64,000 nucleotides of DNA from Octopus vulgaris (GCA_951406725.2 OX597829.1:54250001-54314000); one strand, 5' to 3'; positions 26,290-39,580 are shown, counted from the first letter of the stretch. Numbers and translations are program-made. Notes: a model not told the origin generated them from the sequence alone.

Positions 26290-27620
26290 CACAATTTGGA
26301 TTTATTCCTAACTCCAGCTGCTGTAATCAACTCATTGAGTTTCTTGAGGACGTTACCCAAATCACTGATCACGGATCCTGGGTGGATGTTGTTTACCTGG
26401 ACTTTGCTAAGGCTTTTAACTCTATGCCACACAAAAGACTTATGGTGAAGCTCTCTGCGTTGGGCGTAAGAGACAAACTCTATAACTGGTTGAAGTCCTT
26501 TATTTTCGGCCGAAAAGAGGTTGTCACAGTTCTAGGACAGCACTCTTTGCCCTATGAGATGACATCTGGTGTACCACAGGGATCTGTTCTTGGCCCCCTT
26601 TTATTTGTTGCATATGTTAATGACATAGATGCCAACTTAAAGAATGCCACAGTGCTGAAATATACAGATGACATCAAGCTGTACCTCGAAATAAAGAGGT
26701 CAGATCCTGTACACTATAGATCTCTATTGCAAGCAGACCTGGACACAATGCAGCAGTGGATCATGGACTGGCAACTCAAGCTGGCTGTGGACAAATGTAC
26801 CACCATGCATTTTGGGAGGAGAAACCCAGCATCCACCTACTCCCTCCACAACACTAATCTCAAAAAGTCTTCATGTGAACGTGACCTGGGTGTTATTGTC
26901 GATAGTGATTTGTGTTGGACAAAACACATCACTAAAATTGTCAAGAAGGCTGAGGGTGTCTTGGCATCACTCACCAAATCCTTTGTGAGCCGCTCTCCGA
27001 CTATCTATCTGCAGCTTTATATAGCTATGGTAAAACCTCACCTGGAATTTGCATCACCGGCCTGGAACCCCTATCTTGCCCAGGACATCAATCGTCTGGA
27101 AGCTGTTCAGTGACGTGCAACCAAAAGAATACCCTCCATCAAGCATTTGCCATATTCTGAACGCCTTACTTCCCTGGGCATGGACACATTGAAACTCTGA
27201 CGTCTGGCAGCTGACTTGGCAGACACCCATAAAATTATCAACCATCTTACAAACAATAACTCTGAGCACCTTTTCAAACTCCATCTGTCTAACACCCGTG
27301 GACATATTTACAAAGTAAGAAAACAGCACATCTCCCATGACTTCAGGAAACATTTTTTCACGCTAAGAGTTGCTGAAGCATGGAACAAACTGCCGGCATC
27401 AGTTGTTAGTTGTCGGAGCACTGCATCCTTCAAAACTTCCATGCTTTCTGAGATTCGTCAACACTACACCTGATTTTCTCCCCTCCATACACACACAAGC
27501 ATGTATCTGACTCATACATTGTTCGCTTTCCAGACATTTGTACATTACTGCATATGCTTTATACACACTTTTGACAAGTTGTGGTGCACCTGAGCACTGT
27601 ATACAATAATTTCATTATTA
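26290..27620 (+). mobile_element. CR1/L2-group LINE 3' half (RT), decayed
   Basis: DVVYLDFAKAF, SGVPQGSVLGPLLF, YTDD, ERDLGV, TRGH and WNKLP motifs; in-frame stops; (ATT)n-like end. Confidence 0.9.
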
Positions 27621-28982
27621 TAAGGATATTGTCTTATCCACTACCAGTTTAGCCATGGTTCAAGTGATACCAGAGTGCCCACATCCCAGCAGGCTTATGT
27701 GACATATGTCTATTTTTTTATCAGTTGAGCTTTGGCTCTTTCTATAACTTTCATTTTCCAGTCCAACAATTTGATCTTGCTGGAATTTCCTCTAATATAT
27801 CGCCTTTGCTCTTGTCATATTTGATAATAATATCCAAATCATTTGATATGTACTATCTAATTGATTATGTGGTTGATAAGAACCCATACCCTACTCTGCC
27901 TGCCATTTTAGGTTTCCCAGCAGTGATTCCTAACAGACCCTCTCTACCCTCTCTACCTTCATATCTTCAATTGTTCTATCCACCACTACATTTGTCAACT
28001 TGAATGGTTGGTTCTTCAACTGCATCTGCTTAAGAAACCTGGTTATTCCTCATCAATGATAATTATGGTGGTTTGTTATATCTCTCTGCTCATGGACTTA
28101 CCTAATGAATACCTGTTGTAATTGGATTTCTCCTCCCTTTCTAGACATAATGAATCCCAATAAATATCATTGATGAGGAAGTTTCCTCCACTGTTACCTA
28201 TGTGTAACCCATCTCTCTCCAATGATGGAATCCTCGTTTGACATGATGTTCTAATAGATGGGATAATTTAGAAACAGCTGTTAGAGACTATCTAAACCTT
28301 TTTATTATGTAGTTAAAGTGAATGTTCTTGTCAAGTCCTACCAAACTGCTGGCCTTGTCTTTTCTGTGTTAATGCACACCTACTGACTCAATGTGTGGCT
28401 TTTCTAAAAAAAGTCCTTTTGTTTGATAGAATGTTGTGGTCTTTAGTTTGCAACTTTCTGATAAAAGTAGAATGTTTGTGTGCTGAGGGGATTGGTTGTA
28501 AGTGTTTAGAAGCTTTCCAAAGTATTCACTTACATCGTGTCAGTCTTGATAAAAAAAAACAAGTACCAGTAATATACTGAGATAAAATAAATTCATAATA
28601 GTCATCTTCTACCATGGAAATGAAAATACAAAAAACACATACAATTTATGCACACACACACACACACACTGATAAACAAACACACATGCATACACACACA
28701 TACATTGACAAGCAAACATGCATGCACACACACGCACACACACAAGTAAATATCAAAATAAATCAAATAAGCAAAAGAGGTTAAAGACTGGGTGTGTATG
28801 CAAGAATGTTTGGTTGAAGTTGAAATAACATATAAATAATAATAATAAAAAAATCTGCTGCTACAAACCTGCTGATGCTTTTGTTAAGGGTATGCTAATG
28901 GCACTCAAGTCATTGTTGACTTTAAAATCCTCATACATATTTACAGGTGTATGAATGTATGTGTGTGTGTGTGTGTGTAAAA

Positions 28983-29029
<47 letters not shown>

Positions 29030-29360
29030 CACACATGCATGCACGCACACACACATTCACGCATGCATGCACAAACACACATACACACACACACACACAA
29101 ACTGAAAAAGTTTCTGGCTTTGAGTAAAAGAAAAGAGAGGAAGATCAGTTAATTATGATTTTATCCAACATATTCCCCTCTCAGATTCACACACTTATTG
29201 CAGTGTGGTCCTTAAGTTTTTCAGAACGTTGGGTCTCCAACCTGGCCTTTCATGATACCCGTAAGGCCAAGAACTTTTCTGCACCTCTCATAAAAAGGGA
29301 GAAGAAGCACACTCTAAGAAGTAGAGTTGTCTATATTTATTACTGTTGAAGGCTGGTTTA

Positions 29361-29420
29361 TAGGGTTACCCTGGGTTTCTCACCATAAAGGGTACATTTA
29401 TGGCATATCTTCAGACCCTA
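29361..29420 (-). ncRNA. Type I hammerhead motif, canonical core
   Basis: UAGGGU-CUGAAGA-uau-GCCAUAAA-uguaccc-UUUAUGGU-ga-GAAAC-CC-a-GG-GUA-ACCCUA. Confidence 0.85.
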
Positions 29421-29544
29421 TCACCTGTTGGCCTATGAGCCTCTTTAAAATATAGAGGGGGAAATCAAAGGGATATGATCCCCATTGTTTATATCTGTAT
29501 CGTTTCCCCTCCATATTTTAAAGAGGCTGTAGGCCAACAGATCT

Positions 29545-29597
29545 TAGGGTCTGAAGATAAAGGGTACTTTTATGGTGAGAAACCCAGGGTAGCCCTA
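29545..29597 (+). ncRNA. Hammerhead motif with intact core and a deletion in stem II
   Basis: UAGGGU-CUGAAGA-uaaaggguacuuuuaugguga-GAAAC-CC-a-GG-GUA-GCCCUA. Confidence 0.7.
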
Positions 29598-29680
29598 TAA
29601 ACCGGCCATCACCAGGAATATATATATATATATATGCATATATATATATAATTGCATATATATATGCATATATATATGAT

Positions 29681-29720
<40 letters not shown>

Positions 29721-29742
29721 TGCATATATATATATATATATA

Positions 29743-31533
29743 TATTCCTGGTAAGGCAGCTGCAGGAGAAATACCTAGCCAAGGATAAGCCCCAGTACCT
29801 GGCTTTCGTTGACATGGAGAACGCCTTTGATAGGGTCCCCCGATCCCTTATCTGGTGGTCAATGAGGAAACTAGGGATAGATGAATGGCTGGTGAGGGCT
29901 GTGCAAGCCATGTACAGAGATGCCGTAAGTAAGGTTAGGGTTGGCAACATGTACACAGAAGAATTCAAAGTAGAGGTTGGGGTCCACCAGGGTTCAGTAC
30001 TCAGCCCCCTCCTATTTATCATAGTCCTCCAGGCAATTACGGAGGAATTCAAGACAGATTGCCCCTGGGAGCTCCTCTACGCTGACGACCTTGCTCTAAT
30101 TGCTGAGTCACTATCAGAACTGGAGGAGAAGTTCCAGGTGTGGAAGGAGGGCCTAGAATCGAGGGGCCGTAGAGTCAATCTAGCTAAAACCAAAGTCGTA
30201 ATAAGTAGGAAGGTAGACAATCCACAAATGTCTTCAGGAAGATGGCCCTGCTCGATCTGTAGAAAAGGTGTAGGTAGAAACTCTATAAGATGTACCCAGT
30301 GTAAGCTATGGACACATAAGAGGTGCAGCAATGTCAAAGGTAGGCTAACTGGGAAGATAGTTTTTGTATGTGGCAGATGCTCGGGAGCATTAACCTCCGA
30401 AAATCTACAGAAAACAACTTCCATCACTTTCCAGGGGGAAAAACTAGAAGTAGTTGATAGCTTCCGTTATCTAGGTGACCAAGTCAGTAGTGGGGGTGGG
30501 TGTGCTGAAAGTGTAACTGCTAGAGTAAGAATAGCCTGGGCAAAGTTTAGGGAGCTCTTACCTCTGCTGGTGACTAAAGGCCTCTCGCTCAGAGTAAAAA
30601 GCAGACTGTATGATGCATGTGTACGAACAGCCATGCTACATGGCAGTGAAACATGGGCCGTGACTGCTGAGGACATGCGTAAGCTTGTGAGGAATGAAGC
30701 CAGTATGCTCCGATGGATGTGTAATGTTAGTGTACATACTCGACAGAGCGTTAGTACATTGAGAGAAATGTTGTACCTAAGAAGCATCAGATGTGGTGTG
30801 CAAGAAAGATGATTGCGCTGGTATGGTCATGTGGCGAGAATGGATGAAAATAGGTGTGTGAGAAAGTGCCAATCCCTAGCAGTTGAGGGAACCCGTGGAA
30901 GAGGTAGACCTAGGAAAACCTGGGACGAGGTGGTGAAGCATGACCATCGAACTTTGGGCCTCACTGAGGAAATGACCAGCGACCGAGACCTTTGGAAATA
31001 TGCTGTACGTGAGAAGACCAGGCAGGTCAAGTGAGCCCATCCCACTTATGCATGCCTTTCCTCCCTTGGACACAAAGACCTGTTGAGGCAAGCGAAGTTG
31101 ATATAGAACCTCATCCGACGACAGGCATCCATACCAACCCCCTTTGCTTGCGAAGACATTTTGGGGCAAGCGAAATTGAAATCGAATTGAACCAGCCAGG
31201 ATCCCTGGTCTGGTGGTACGTAAAAAGCACTATCCGACTCGTGGCCGATGCCAGCGCCGCCTCGACTGGCCTCCGTGCTGGTGGCACGTAAAATACACCA
31301 ATCCGACCGTGGCCGTTGCCAGCCTTGCCTGGCACCTGTGCAGGTGGCACGTAAAAAGCACCCACTACACTCACGGAGTGGTTGGCGTTAGGAAGGGCAT
31401 CCAGCTGTAGAAACATTGCCAGATAAGACTGGAGTCTGGTGCAGCCATCAGGCTTCCCAGATCCCCGGTTGAACCGTCCAACCCATGCTAGCATGGAGAA
31501 CGGACGTTAAACGATGATGATGATGATGATGAT
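29743..31533 (+). mobile_element. 5'-truncated RTE LINE (RT, PHD finger, 3' UTR, (GAT)n tail)
   Basis: [24 protein letters not shown]; one premature stop at 30810-30812. Confidence 0.95.
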
Positions 31534-31544
31534 ATCTATCTATA

Positions 31545-31580
<36 letters not shown>

Positions 31581-31604
31581 TATATATATATATATATATA
31601 TGCA

Positions 31605-31708
<104 letters not shown>

Positions 31709-31824
31709 TATATATATATATATATAGATATATATATATGCATATATATATATATGCATATATATGCATATATATATATATGCATATATATATATATATA
31801 TATATGCATATATATATATATATA

Positions 31825-34690
31825 AATCCTTAAATCCTTAAAAATGTTTTAGCCCGAAGGCCGCGGCCATGCTGGGGCACCACCGCTGAATGAGCTACAC
31901 TAGTTTGTGAATCCACCTCTGATACGTGGCACTTGATCAACAAGGGAGTTCGATGCTGCTGCCCGCATCCGTGTCTCCTGTCGTGAGGTAGGTTCATCTG
32001 GGACTCCCAACAAGAAGAGATCCAGTTTAGTTTTAAAGAAACCCACATCCACACCATGTAAGTCTCTCAGGCATTTAGGGAGGATGTTAAAGAGCTGTGG
32101 TCCTCTGAAACCCAAGCTGTTGCAGTATCTGGACCTGTATTTTGATGGTGATGTTGGAATCCTTGGCACCACGCAGCGGCGCCCCGTTCTGCGGTTGGAG
32201 TAACTTTGAATGCCAAAGTTTGGGACAAGACCCTCCAGGATTTTCCAGATGTATATCACTGCATATCTCTCCCACCTCCGCTCCAGGGAGAAGAGGTTTA
32301 ATACCTTCAGTCTTTCCCAGTAGCTGACATTTTGCATTGAGACGATTTTCTTTGTGTAGCTTCTCTGAGTTGCTTCGAGTTCTGCTGTTTGTTTTATATT
32401 GTGTGGTGACCAAAGTTGGGAGCAGTAGTCCAAGCGGCTGAGGACAAATGTTTTCCATAGGACCATCAGTGTCTCCTTCTCTCTTGTTCTGAAAGTTCGG
32501 AGAATCCATCCAGCTAGCCGTCTGCATTTTATCACCAGATTAGCAATATGCATTTGGAAAGATGCATCATTGCTCATGTCAATGCCCAGGTCACGCACTG
32601 ATTTTGACTCAGGGATTGCAATTCTTCCTGGGCCAGTGTATCCAGTCTTCACGTCATTTACCTTTGTGTGCCAGTAGCGCAGGGCCTGGAACTTACCTGC
32701 ATTAAACTGCATGTTGTTGTCCTCAGCCCACCTGTATATTGTGTCCAGCTCATGTTGCAGATGCGCAATATTTTCAGGGTTTTGTATTGCGTGGGAGACT
32801 TTTGTGTCATCTGCATAGCTAGCAAGGGTGGTCATCGTAGCAACTGAAGGCATGTCTGAAAGGGCCACTATGAACATCAGTGGCCCCAAGACAGTGCCCT
32901 GTGGGACACCGCTTGTTATTTGCGTTTCCCTGGAGGTGGCTCCATTGCTCACAACTGCCTGTTTTCTGTCTTTTAGGAAGTTGTGCAGCCACTCTCCAAG
33001 TTTCCCACCTATGCCGAGACCACGCAGTTTGTGACAGATCATACCATGGTCGACTTTATCAAAGGCTTTTGCAAAGTCAAGATATATTACATCCACATTT
33101 GAGCCATTTAGTAGCTGTTTCAACACCCAGTCATAGTGTTGCAGGAGCTGTGTTAGGCAGCCTCTACCTGGTCGAAATCCATGCTGGGTGTCAGACAGTA
33201 AGTCATTTTCTTCAAGGAACATGATTAGTTTCTTACGGACTATTCGTTCCATGACTTTGCTGATGTGTGAGGTCAGAGAGATAGGCCTATAATTTTTAGC
33301 ATCTGCTCTGCTACCTCCCTTATGGATAGGGCATATTACCCCCTCTTTCAGTTTGACTGGGAGCTTACCACTTGCAAGAAAGCTCTGAAAAAGAAGCTGT
33401 AGCGGTTTTGCAAGGGCTCGTTTGCACGATTTGAGAAGGATCGCTGGGAATCCATCAGGTCCAGCAGCTGAGTTTGTGTCAATCTCATCAATGGCTAGTG
33501 TGATATCATCTTCTTCAATGTTGATGTACTCAATTTTTGTCTCTTTGGCCGCTGGTAAAGTGGCAAAGAATTCTTCTGGGTTGTTTACTTGCCTGTGTCC
33601 TAGAGGTGTAGTGAACACACTTTGGAACTGTTCGTTCAGTATTTCACTTATCCTCGTGGGATTTCCTGTGAGAGAGCCATCTTTTTGGAAGAGAGGTCCT
33701 ATTCTCTGGTGCACTGTGGCTGTCTCTTTGGCAAACTTAAAGAAAGCTTTAGGGTTTGATTTTATATTTTCTATTACCCAAGCTTCTTTATCTGCTCTTT
33801 CCTTTTCATGGGACTGATGTAGACTTTTCTCAGTTTCCATTAGCATTCTTTCGAGCCGAGACTTCTCACCACTTTTGGTGTGCTTGCTCAGGCGGTTTGC
33901 AATCCTTGTCCGTCGTCTCATAAGAATCCTCCTTTCTCTAGGGATCCTGTTTTTGTTCTTGTGTGTGCTGGCCCTGCACATTGGGACATATTTGTCACAT
34001 ATGGCTTGTATTATGGACATGAAGTGTTTGTGTTTCATGTTTATGTCCGGTGTGGAGAGACATTCAGGCCAATCCTGTTTGAGGATCTCTTTCTCAATCG
34101 ACTTCCAGTTGGCTTTATGAAAGTTTAAGTTGGAGAGATGGTGGGTGCTTCGTATAGGCTGTGTGTCTGCGGGGGCTTTTGTTCCATACATAGACAGCTC
34201 TATTATGTTGTGATCCGAGATCATTGTCGGCATCACATTAACATTATGGATAATATCCATATTGTTTGTGAAGCAGAGATCCAGTATATTATCTGCCCTT
34301 GTTGGTTGCAGAACTATTTGCTCCATGAAAGAGGTATTTGTGAGATGGAGCAGGGACTCCACCTGTGCCTGCTGATGGTGTGTCATCCCTGGGAGCATCT
34401 GCCCCCCAGGCCATTCCACATTGGGGAGGTTAAAGTCACCCATGAAGAATACACTGTTGTGCTGTTCAAGGTTGGTGAGGACTTCTATTTTTATTAGGCA
34501 GTCTTCAAACATGCCTGAGTGTTTTGGGGCGTCTGGTGGGCGATATGTAGTGCATATGACGATATTCAGTTGTCTTATGTGTACAATTTGAGTTTCACAT
34601 ACTGAGTTTGAATATGACAGCAGGACCTGGGGCGTGAGGTCATCTCGGATGTACATTGCAACTCCACCATGGCTCCTCCCTTTTCTATCT
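31825..34690 (-). mobile_element. Young CR1/L2-group LINE: partial APE endonuclease + RT ORF (~930 aa), 3' UTR and 8-mer tail
   Basis: GGVAMY, YRPP, GDFN, SDH, NYRPISLT, QHGFR, LDFAKAFD, GVPQG and YADD in one open frame (stop at 31900-31902); tail (taaggatt)2; 5' end abuts (TA)n. Confidence 0.95.
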
Positions 34691-34778
34691 GTATATATAT
34701 ATATATACCGGAGTAAACACATAAATGTGAAACAAGGTGGAAAAAAGAGTACTCAAATACCAGTGGTAGAGTAATATG

Positions 34779-34936
34779 CTTTATTTTAAGCAGCAGAAAA
34801 TTCAACAAAATCTGTTACTCTGAGTTTCTCGTTGCCGTTCATCAGACAGTTTTTGCTAGCAAAAACTGTCTGATGAACGGCAACGAGAAACTCAGAGTAA
34901 CAGATTTTGTTGAATTTTCTGCTGCTTAAAATAAAG
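34779..34936. repeat. Perfect 158 bp palindrome with a hammerhead on each strand
   Basis: Centre gct|agc at 34857/34858; the arms are exact reverse complements. Confidence 0.9.
34866..34903 (+). ncRNA. Minimal type I hammerhead motif (mirror copy at 34812-34849, -)
   Basis: CUGU-CUGAUGA-a-CG-gcaa-CG-a-GAAAC-UC-a-GA-GUA-ACAG. Confidence 0.8.
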
Positions 34937-35186
34937 TATATATATATATATATATATGCATATATGCATATATATATATGCATATATATATATATATGCA
35001 TATATGCATATATATATATGCATATATATATATATATATATATGCATATATATATATATATGCATATATATATATATATATATGCATATATATATATGCA
35101 TATATGCATATATATATATATATATGCATATATATATATATATATGCATATATATATATATATATATGCATATATATATATATATA

Positions 35187-38100
35187 TATGCTGAGGGAAC
35201 TAGACTACTGGAATTCTGTGATGCATGTAACCTTTCAATCTGCAACACTAACTTCAAGAAGCCAGTCTGCCACCTTATAACTTATCAGTCAGGAGACTCC
35301 GCTAGCCAAATAGACTTCATCCTCACCAGACAACGGGATGCAGGGTTGCTCTTGAATACAAAGACCCTCCCGGGTGAAGAATGTATCCCTCAGCATAGAC
35401 TAATCATCAGTGACTTTAAGCTTGAGGCCAGAAGGACTCCAAGAAACAAACCAATCCAGAAAAGAAGGATTTGGAGGCTAAAGAACCCTTCGCATGGTCA
35501 GAAATTTAGGGACATACTCATCAAGAAATTTGATGAGAGGGAAGAGGAGCTTCAGACGTCAGACATAGAAGGTAGCTGGGAATTCCTACGGGACAGCTTG
35601 TTGAGTGCCACAGACCAAGTTTGTGGATGGTGCAAAGTCCCTTCCAGACCTAGAATTACGTGGTGGTGGAATAGCGCAGTAGATAAAGCCATCTGTGAAA
35701 AGAGACGGGCCTGGAAAGCCTGGAAGGATGGGGGCAGCAGGGAACTGTACCAGATAGCCAAAAGGGAGGCTGGGCGGCAGGTATACATTGCCAAAGATGT
35801 AGCAGAAAAGAAGAAGTTTGCCAATGTCCAGCGTCGCGAGGATCAAAGAGCTGAAGTATTTCGGATTGCCAGACAGTGTGTCAGAGAAAATAGCGATGTT
35901 ATAGGAGAGAAATGTGTCCGCATGGATGATGGGGCACTTGCTTTTACTACTAGTGAAAAGAAAGAGGCTTGGAGAAGCCATTATGAAAGACTGCTAAATG
36001 AGGAGAATGAATGGGAGGAGGAGAGCCTGCCAAATGTTGACCCAGTAGAGGGACCAGCTACCCGAATAGACAGCTCCCTTGTAGATAAGGCAATTAAGGA
36101 TATGAAACCAGGCAAAGCCCCTGGCCTATCAGGAATCACTGCTGAGATGCTTAAAACAGCTGGCTATGTGGGCCATGCCATAGTCACCCGCATTGTAAAC
36201 CAGGTAGTTCACAATGGAGCCATACCCAATGACTGGTGCAGCAGTACCATAGTCAACTGCTACAAGGGTAAGGGTGATGCTCTAGATAGAAATAACTACA
36301 GAGGTATCAAACTGTTGGACCAGGTGATGAAGGTCTCAGAGAAGGTCATAACCAATCTCATTAGGGAGAGAATTTGTTTAGATGAAATGCAGTTCGGTTT
36401 TGTACCAGGTAGAAGCACCACTGATGCTATATTCCTGGTCCGACAACTGCAGGAGAAGTACCTAGCTAAAGATAAACCCCTCTACATAGCTTTTGTAGAC
36501 TTGGAGAAAGCCTTTGACAGGGTTCCCCGTTCCCTTATCTGGTGGTCGATGCGGAAACTGGAGATTGAAGAATGGCTAATAAGGGCTGTACAGGCTCTAT
36601 ACAGAGAGGCTGTTAGCAAGGTTAGGATTGGCAACGAATATAGTGAAGAATTCCGAGTAGAAGTAGGTGTGCACCAGGGCTCAGCCCTCAGTCCCCTTTT
36701 GTTCATCATAGTCCTTCAAGCAATAACAGAGGAATTCAAAACGGGATGCCCCTGGGAGCTCCTCTATGCCGATGACCTAGCTCTCATAGCAGAATCACTA
36801 CCGGAACTAGAAGAGAAATTTCGGGTATGGAAGCAAGGGTTGGAATCAAAGGGCCTTAGAATAAATGTAGCAAAGACCAAAGTATTAGTAAGCAGCAAGA
36901 GGTACTCAACACACATCCCCTCAGGTAGGTGGCCCTGCTCAACCTGTAGGAAAGGTACAGGTAGAAACTCCATAAGATGCACCCAATGTAAGTTATGGAC
37001 ACATAAGAGGTGCAGCAACATTAAAGGGAAATTAACAGATAAGATAGCTTTCATGTGCGGCAGATGCACAGGGACAATAGACACAACAGACACTCAGAAA
37101 ACAGATTCCATCACACTCCAGGGAGAGAAACTAGAAGTAGTTGATAGTTTCCGCTACCTGGGAGACCAAGTTAGTAGCGGAGGTGGATGCACAGAGAGTA
37201 TCACCACTAGAATACGAATAGCCTGGGCAAAGTTCAGAAAGCTCCTACCCCTACTGGCAACAAAAGGCCTCTCCCTCAGAGCAAAAGGTAGATTGTATGA
37301 TGCATGTGTGCGAACTGCCATGCTTCACGGTAATGAAACATGGGCTGTGACTGCAGAAGACATGCGTAGACTTGAAAGAAATGAAGCTAGCATGATCCGC
37401 TGGATGTGTAGTGTCAGTGTGCACGCAAAACAGAGTGTAAGTATCCTGAGAGAAATGCTGGATATAAGAAGCATCAGATGTGGTGTGCAAGAGCGACGCT
37501 TGCGATGGTATGGTCATGTGCTGCGGATGGATGAAGAGAGATGTGTGAAGAAGTGCCACTCCCAAACAGTTGAAGGTATCAGGGGGAGAGGTAGACCCAG
37601 GAAGACATGGGATGAGGTGGTCAAGCATGACCTCAGAGCATTGGGCCTCACTGAGGCAATGGCGAAGGACCGAGATCTCTGGAGATATGCTGTGACTACA
37701 AAGACCCGGGCTGCTTTCTGCAGCAATTCCACATACCCCCTACCCATTCTAAGTACCCCGGATCCCCAAAGTACCCCGGATCCCCAAAGTACCCTGGATC
37801 CCCAAAATACCCCGATCCCCAAAGTACCCCGGACCTCGTTGCCCCCGTGCCGCTGACACGTTAAAATGCTCGAACCGATCGTGACGATGCCGGACCCTCC
37901 GGCCCCTGTGCAGGTGGCACGTAAAAAGCACCCAATCCACTCACGGAGTGGTTGGCGTTAGGAAGGGCATCCAGCCGTAGAAACTCTGCCAGATTCAGAC
38001 TGGAGCCTGGAGCGGCCCCTGGCTTCCCAGACCCGGTCAAACCGTCCAACCCGTGCTAGCGCGGAAAGCGGACGTTAAACGATGATGATGATGATGATGA

Positions 38101-38102
<2 letters not shown>
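35187..38102 (+). mobile_element. Young 5'-truncated RTE LINE with an uninterrupted ORF (APE C-terminus, RT, PHD finger)
   Basis: Open frame 35187-37856: [49 protein letters not shown]; (GAT)n tail. The N-terminal IY repeats of the ORF-track entry are microsatellite. Confidence 0.95.
37751..37835 (+). repeat. 18 bp minisatellite in the RTE 3' region
   Basis: (aagtaccccggatcccca) repeated about 4.5 times. Confidence 0.8.
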
Positions 38103-38177
<75 letters not shown>

Positions 38178-38217
38178 TATATATATATATATATATGCAT
38201 ATATATATATATATATA

Positions 38218-38269
<52 letters not shown>

Positions 38270-38364
38270 TATATATATATGCATATATATATATATATAT
38301 ATATATGCATATATATATATGCATATATATATATGCATATATATATATATATGCATATATATAT

Positions 38365-39504
38365 ATCAAGTGTTTCCTGACAGACAGATCTCAACATGTT
38401 GTAGTTGAATGGGTAAAATCAAGCCCAGCCAAAGTCAGTAGTGGCGTTCCGCAAGGCACTGTGCTGGGCCCACTTCTTTTCATCATTTACATTAATGACA
38501 TTAATGACATCATCAAGCACAGCAACATAAAAATCTTTGCAGATGACTCCAAGCTACAGAAGGTCATAAATGAGGCGAGTGACCGGACATGCCTTCAGTC
38601 AGATCTACTGGCTGTTATCCAATGGGCAGAAAAAAACAATATGCTGCTGAACGAGGATAAATTTGAGCTAATCCACTTTGGAAAAGAGGATGCCCTGAAA
38701 CTCCCATACTCCCTTCCTTCAGGTGAAACTCTCGCGGCGTCCAACAACATCAGAGACTTGGGAGTAATTGTGGACAACAACATAAGCTGGGCCACTCATA
38801 TAAACACCAAAGTTGACATGGCCCGCAGAATGTGTTCCTGGATTCTCAGAACTTTCCAGTCGAGAGATATCCACACCATTATCCTTCTCTTCTCCACTTT
38901 GCCCGACCCCACCTTGAATACTGTTGTCCACTGTGGTCTCCCCACACAATACAAGGTATCATAAAAGTTGAAGCACCTCAAAGGGCAATCACAAAAAAGA
39001 TAGATGGCATGACAGGCCTCGACTATTGAGGTCGACTAGAAAAGCTAAAACTCTATTCTCTCCAACGTCGTCGTGAGCGCTACATCATCTGCATGATGTG
39101 GAAAATATTCCATCAGCATTGCCCAAATGATGTTGGCATCACCTTTAAGGTACATCCAAGGCTTGGGCCCCGTGCCATCCGCCCAAAACAAAAATCGCAC
39201 TCTCATCTCATAACAACAATACGGCACAATTATTTCACCTCAATTGGCCCCGCTCTCTTTAACATTACACCAAAACACATTAAAACAGAAACTGACCCTA
39301 TAGGGTTCAAGAAGTCTTTGGACAGATTCCTTCAAGAAATCCCGGATAAACCCCCTACACCTGGATATGTCTCTGTAAACAATAACTCTCTACTTGAGTG
39401 GGCCATAGTGCCCAAATTCTGACTTGAAAGACTTCACCAGGTGGTGCTATTAAGTTAGACATGGCCTGGGCCAATAATGGCCGAAACCTATCAAAGTATC
39501 AAAG
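38365..39504 (+). mobile_element. CR1/L2-group LINE 3' portion, copy 1
   Basis: [23 protein letters not shown]; frameshift near 38898 and stop at 39027-39029; tail (tatcaaag)2. Confidence 0.9.
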
Positions 39505-39528
39505 TATATATATATATATATATATATA

Positions 39529-39566
<38 letters not shown>

Positions 39567-39580
39567 TATATATATATATA

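Larger units (their letters stand above)
29351..29607. repeat. Foldback element with a hammerhead in each arm
   Basis: ~110 bp imperfect inverted arms; related single arms at 14313-14368 (-) and 50484-50542 (+). Confidence 0.85.

Noticed and set aside
39460-39504. GGCC-aataat-GGCC-GAAAC resembling half a hammerhead (also 41199-41243)
   Set aside because: No CUGANGA-like segment or stems I/III; better explained as the LINE 3' stem-loop before the 8-mer tail.
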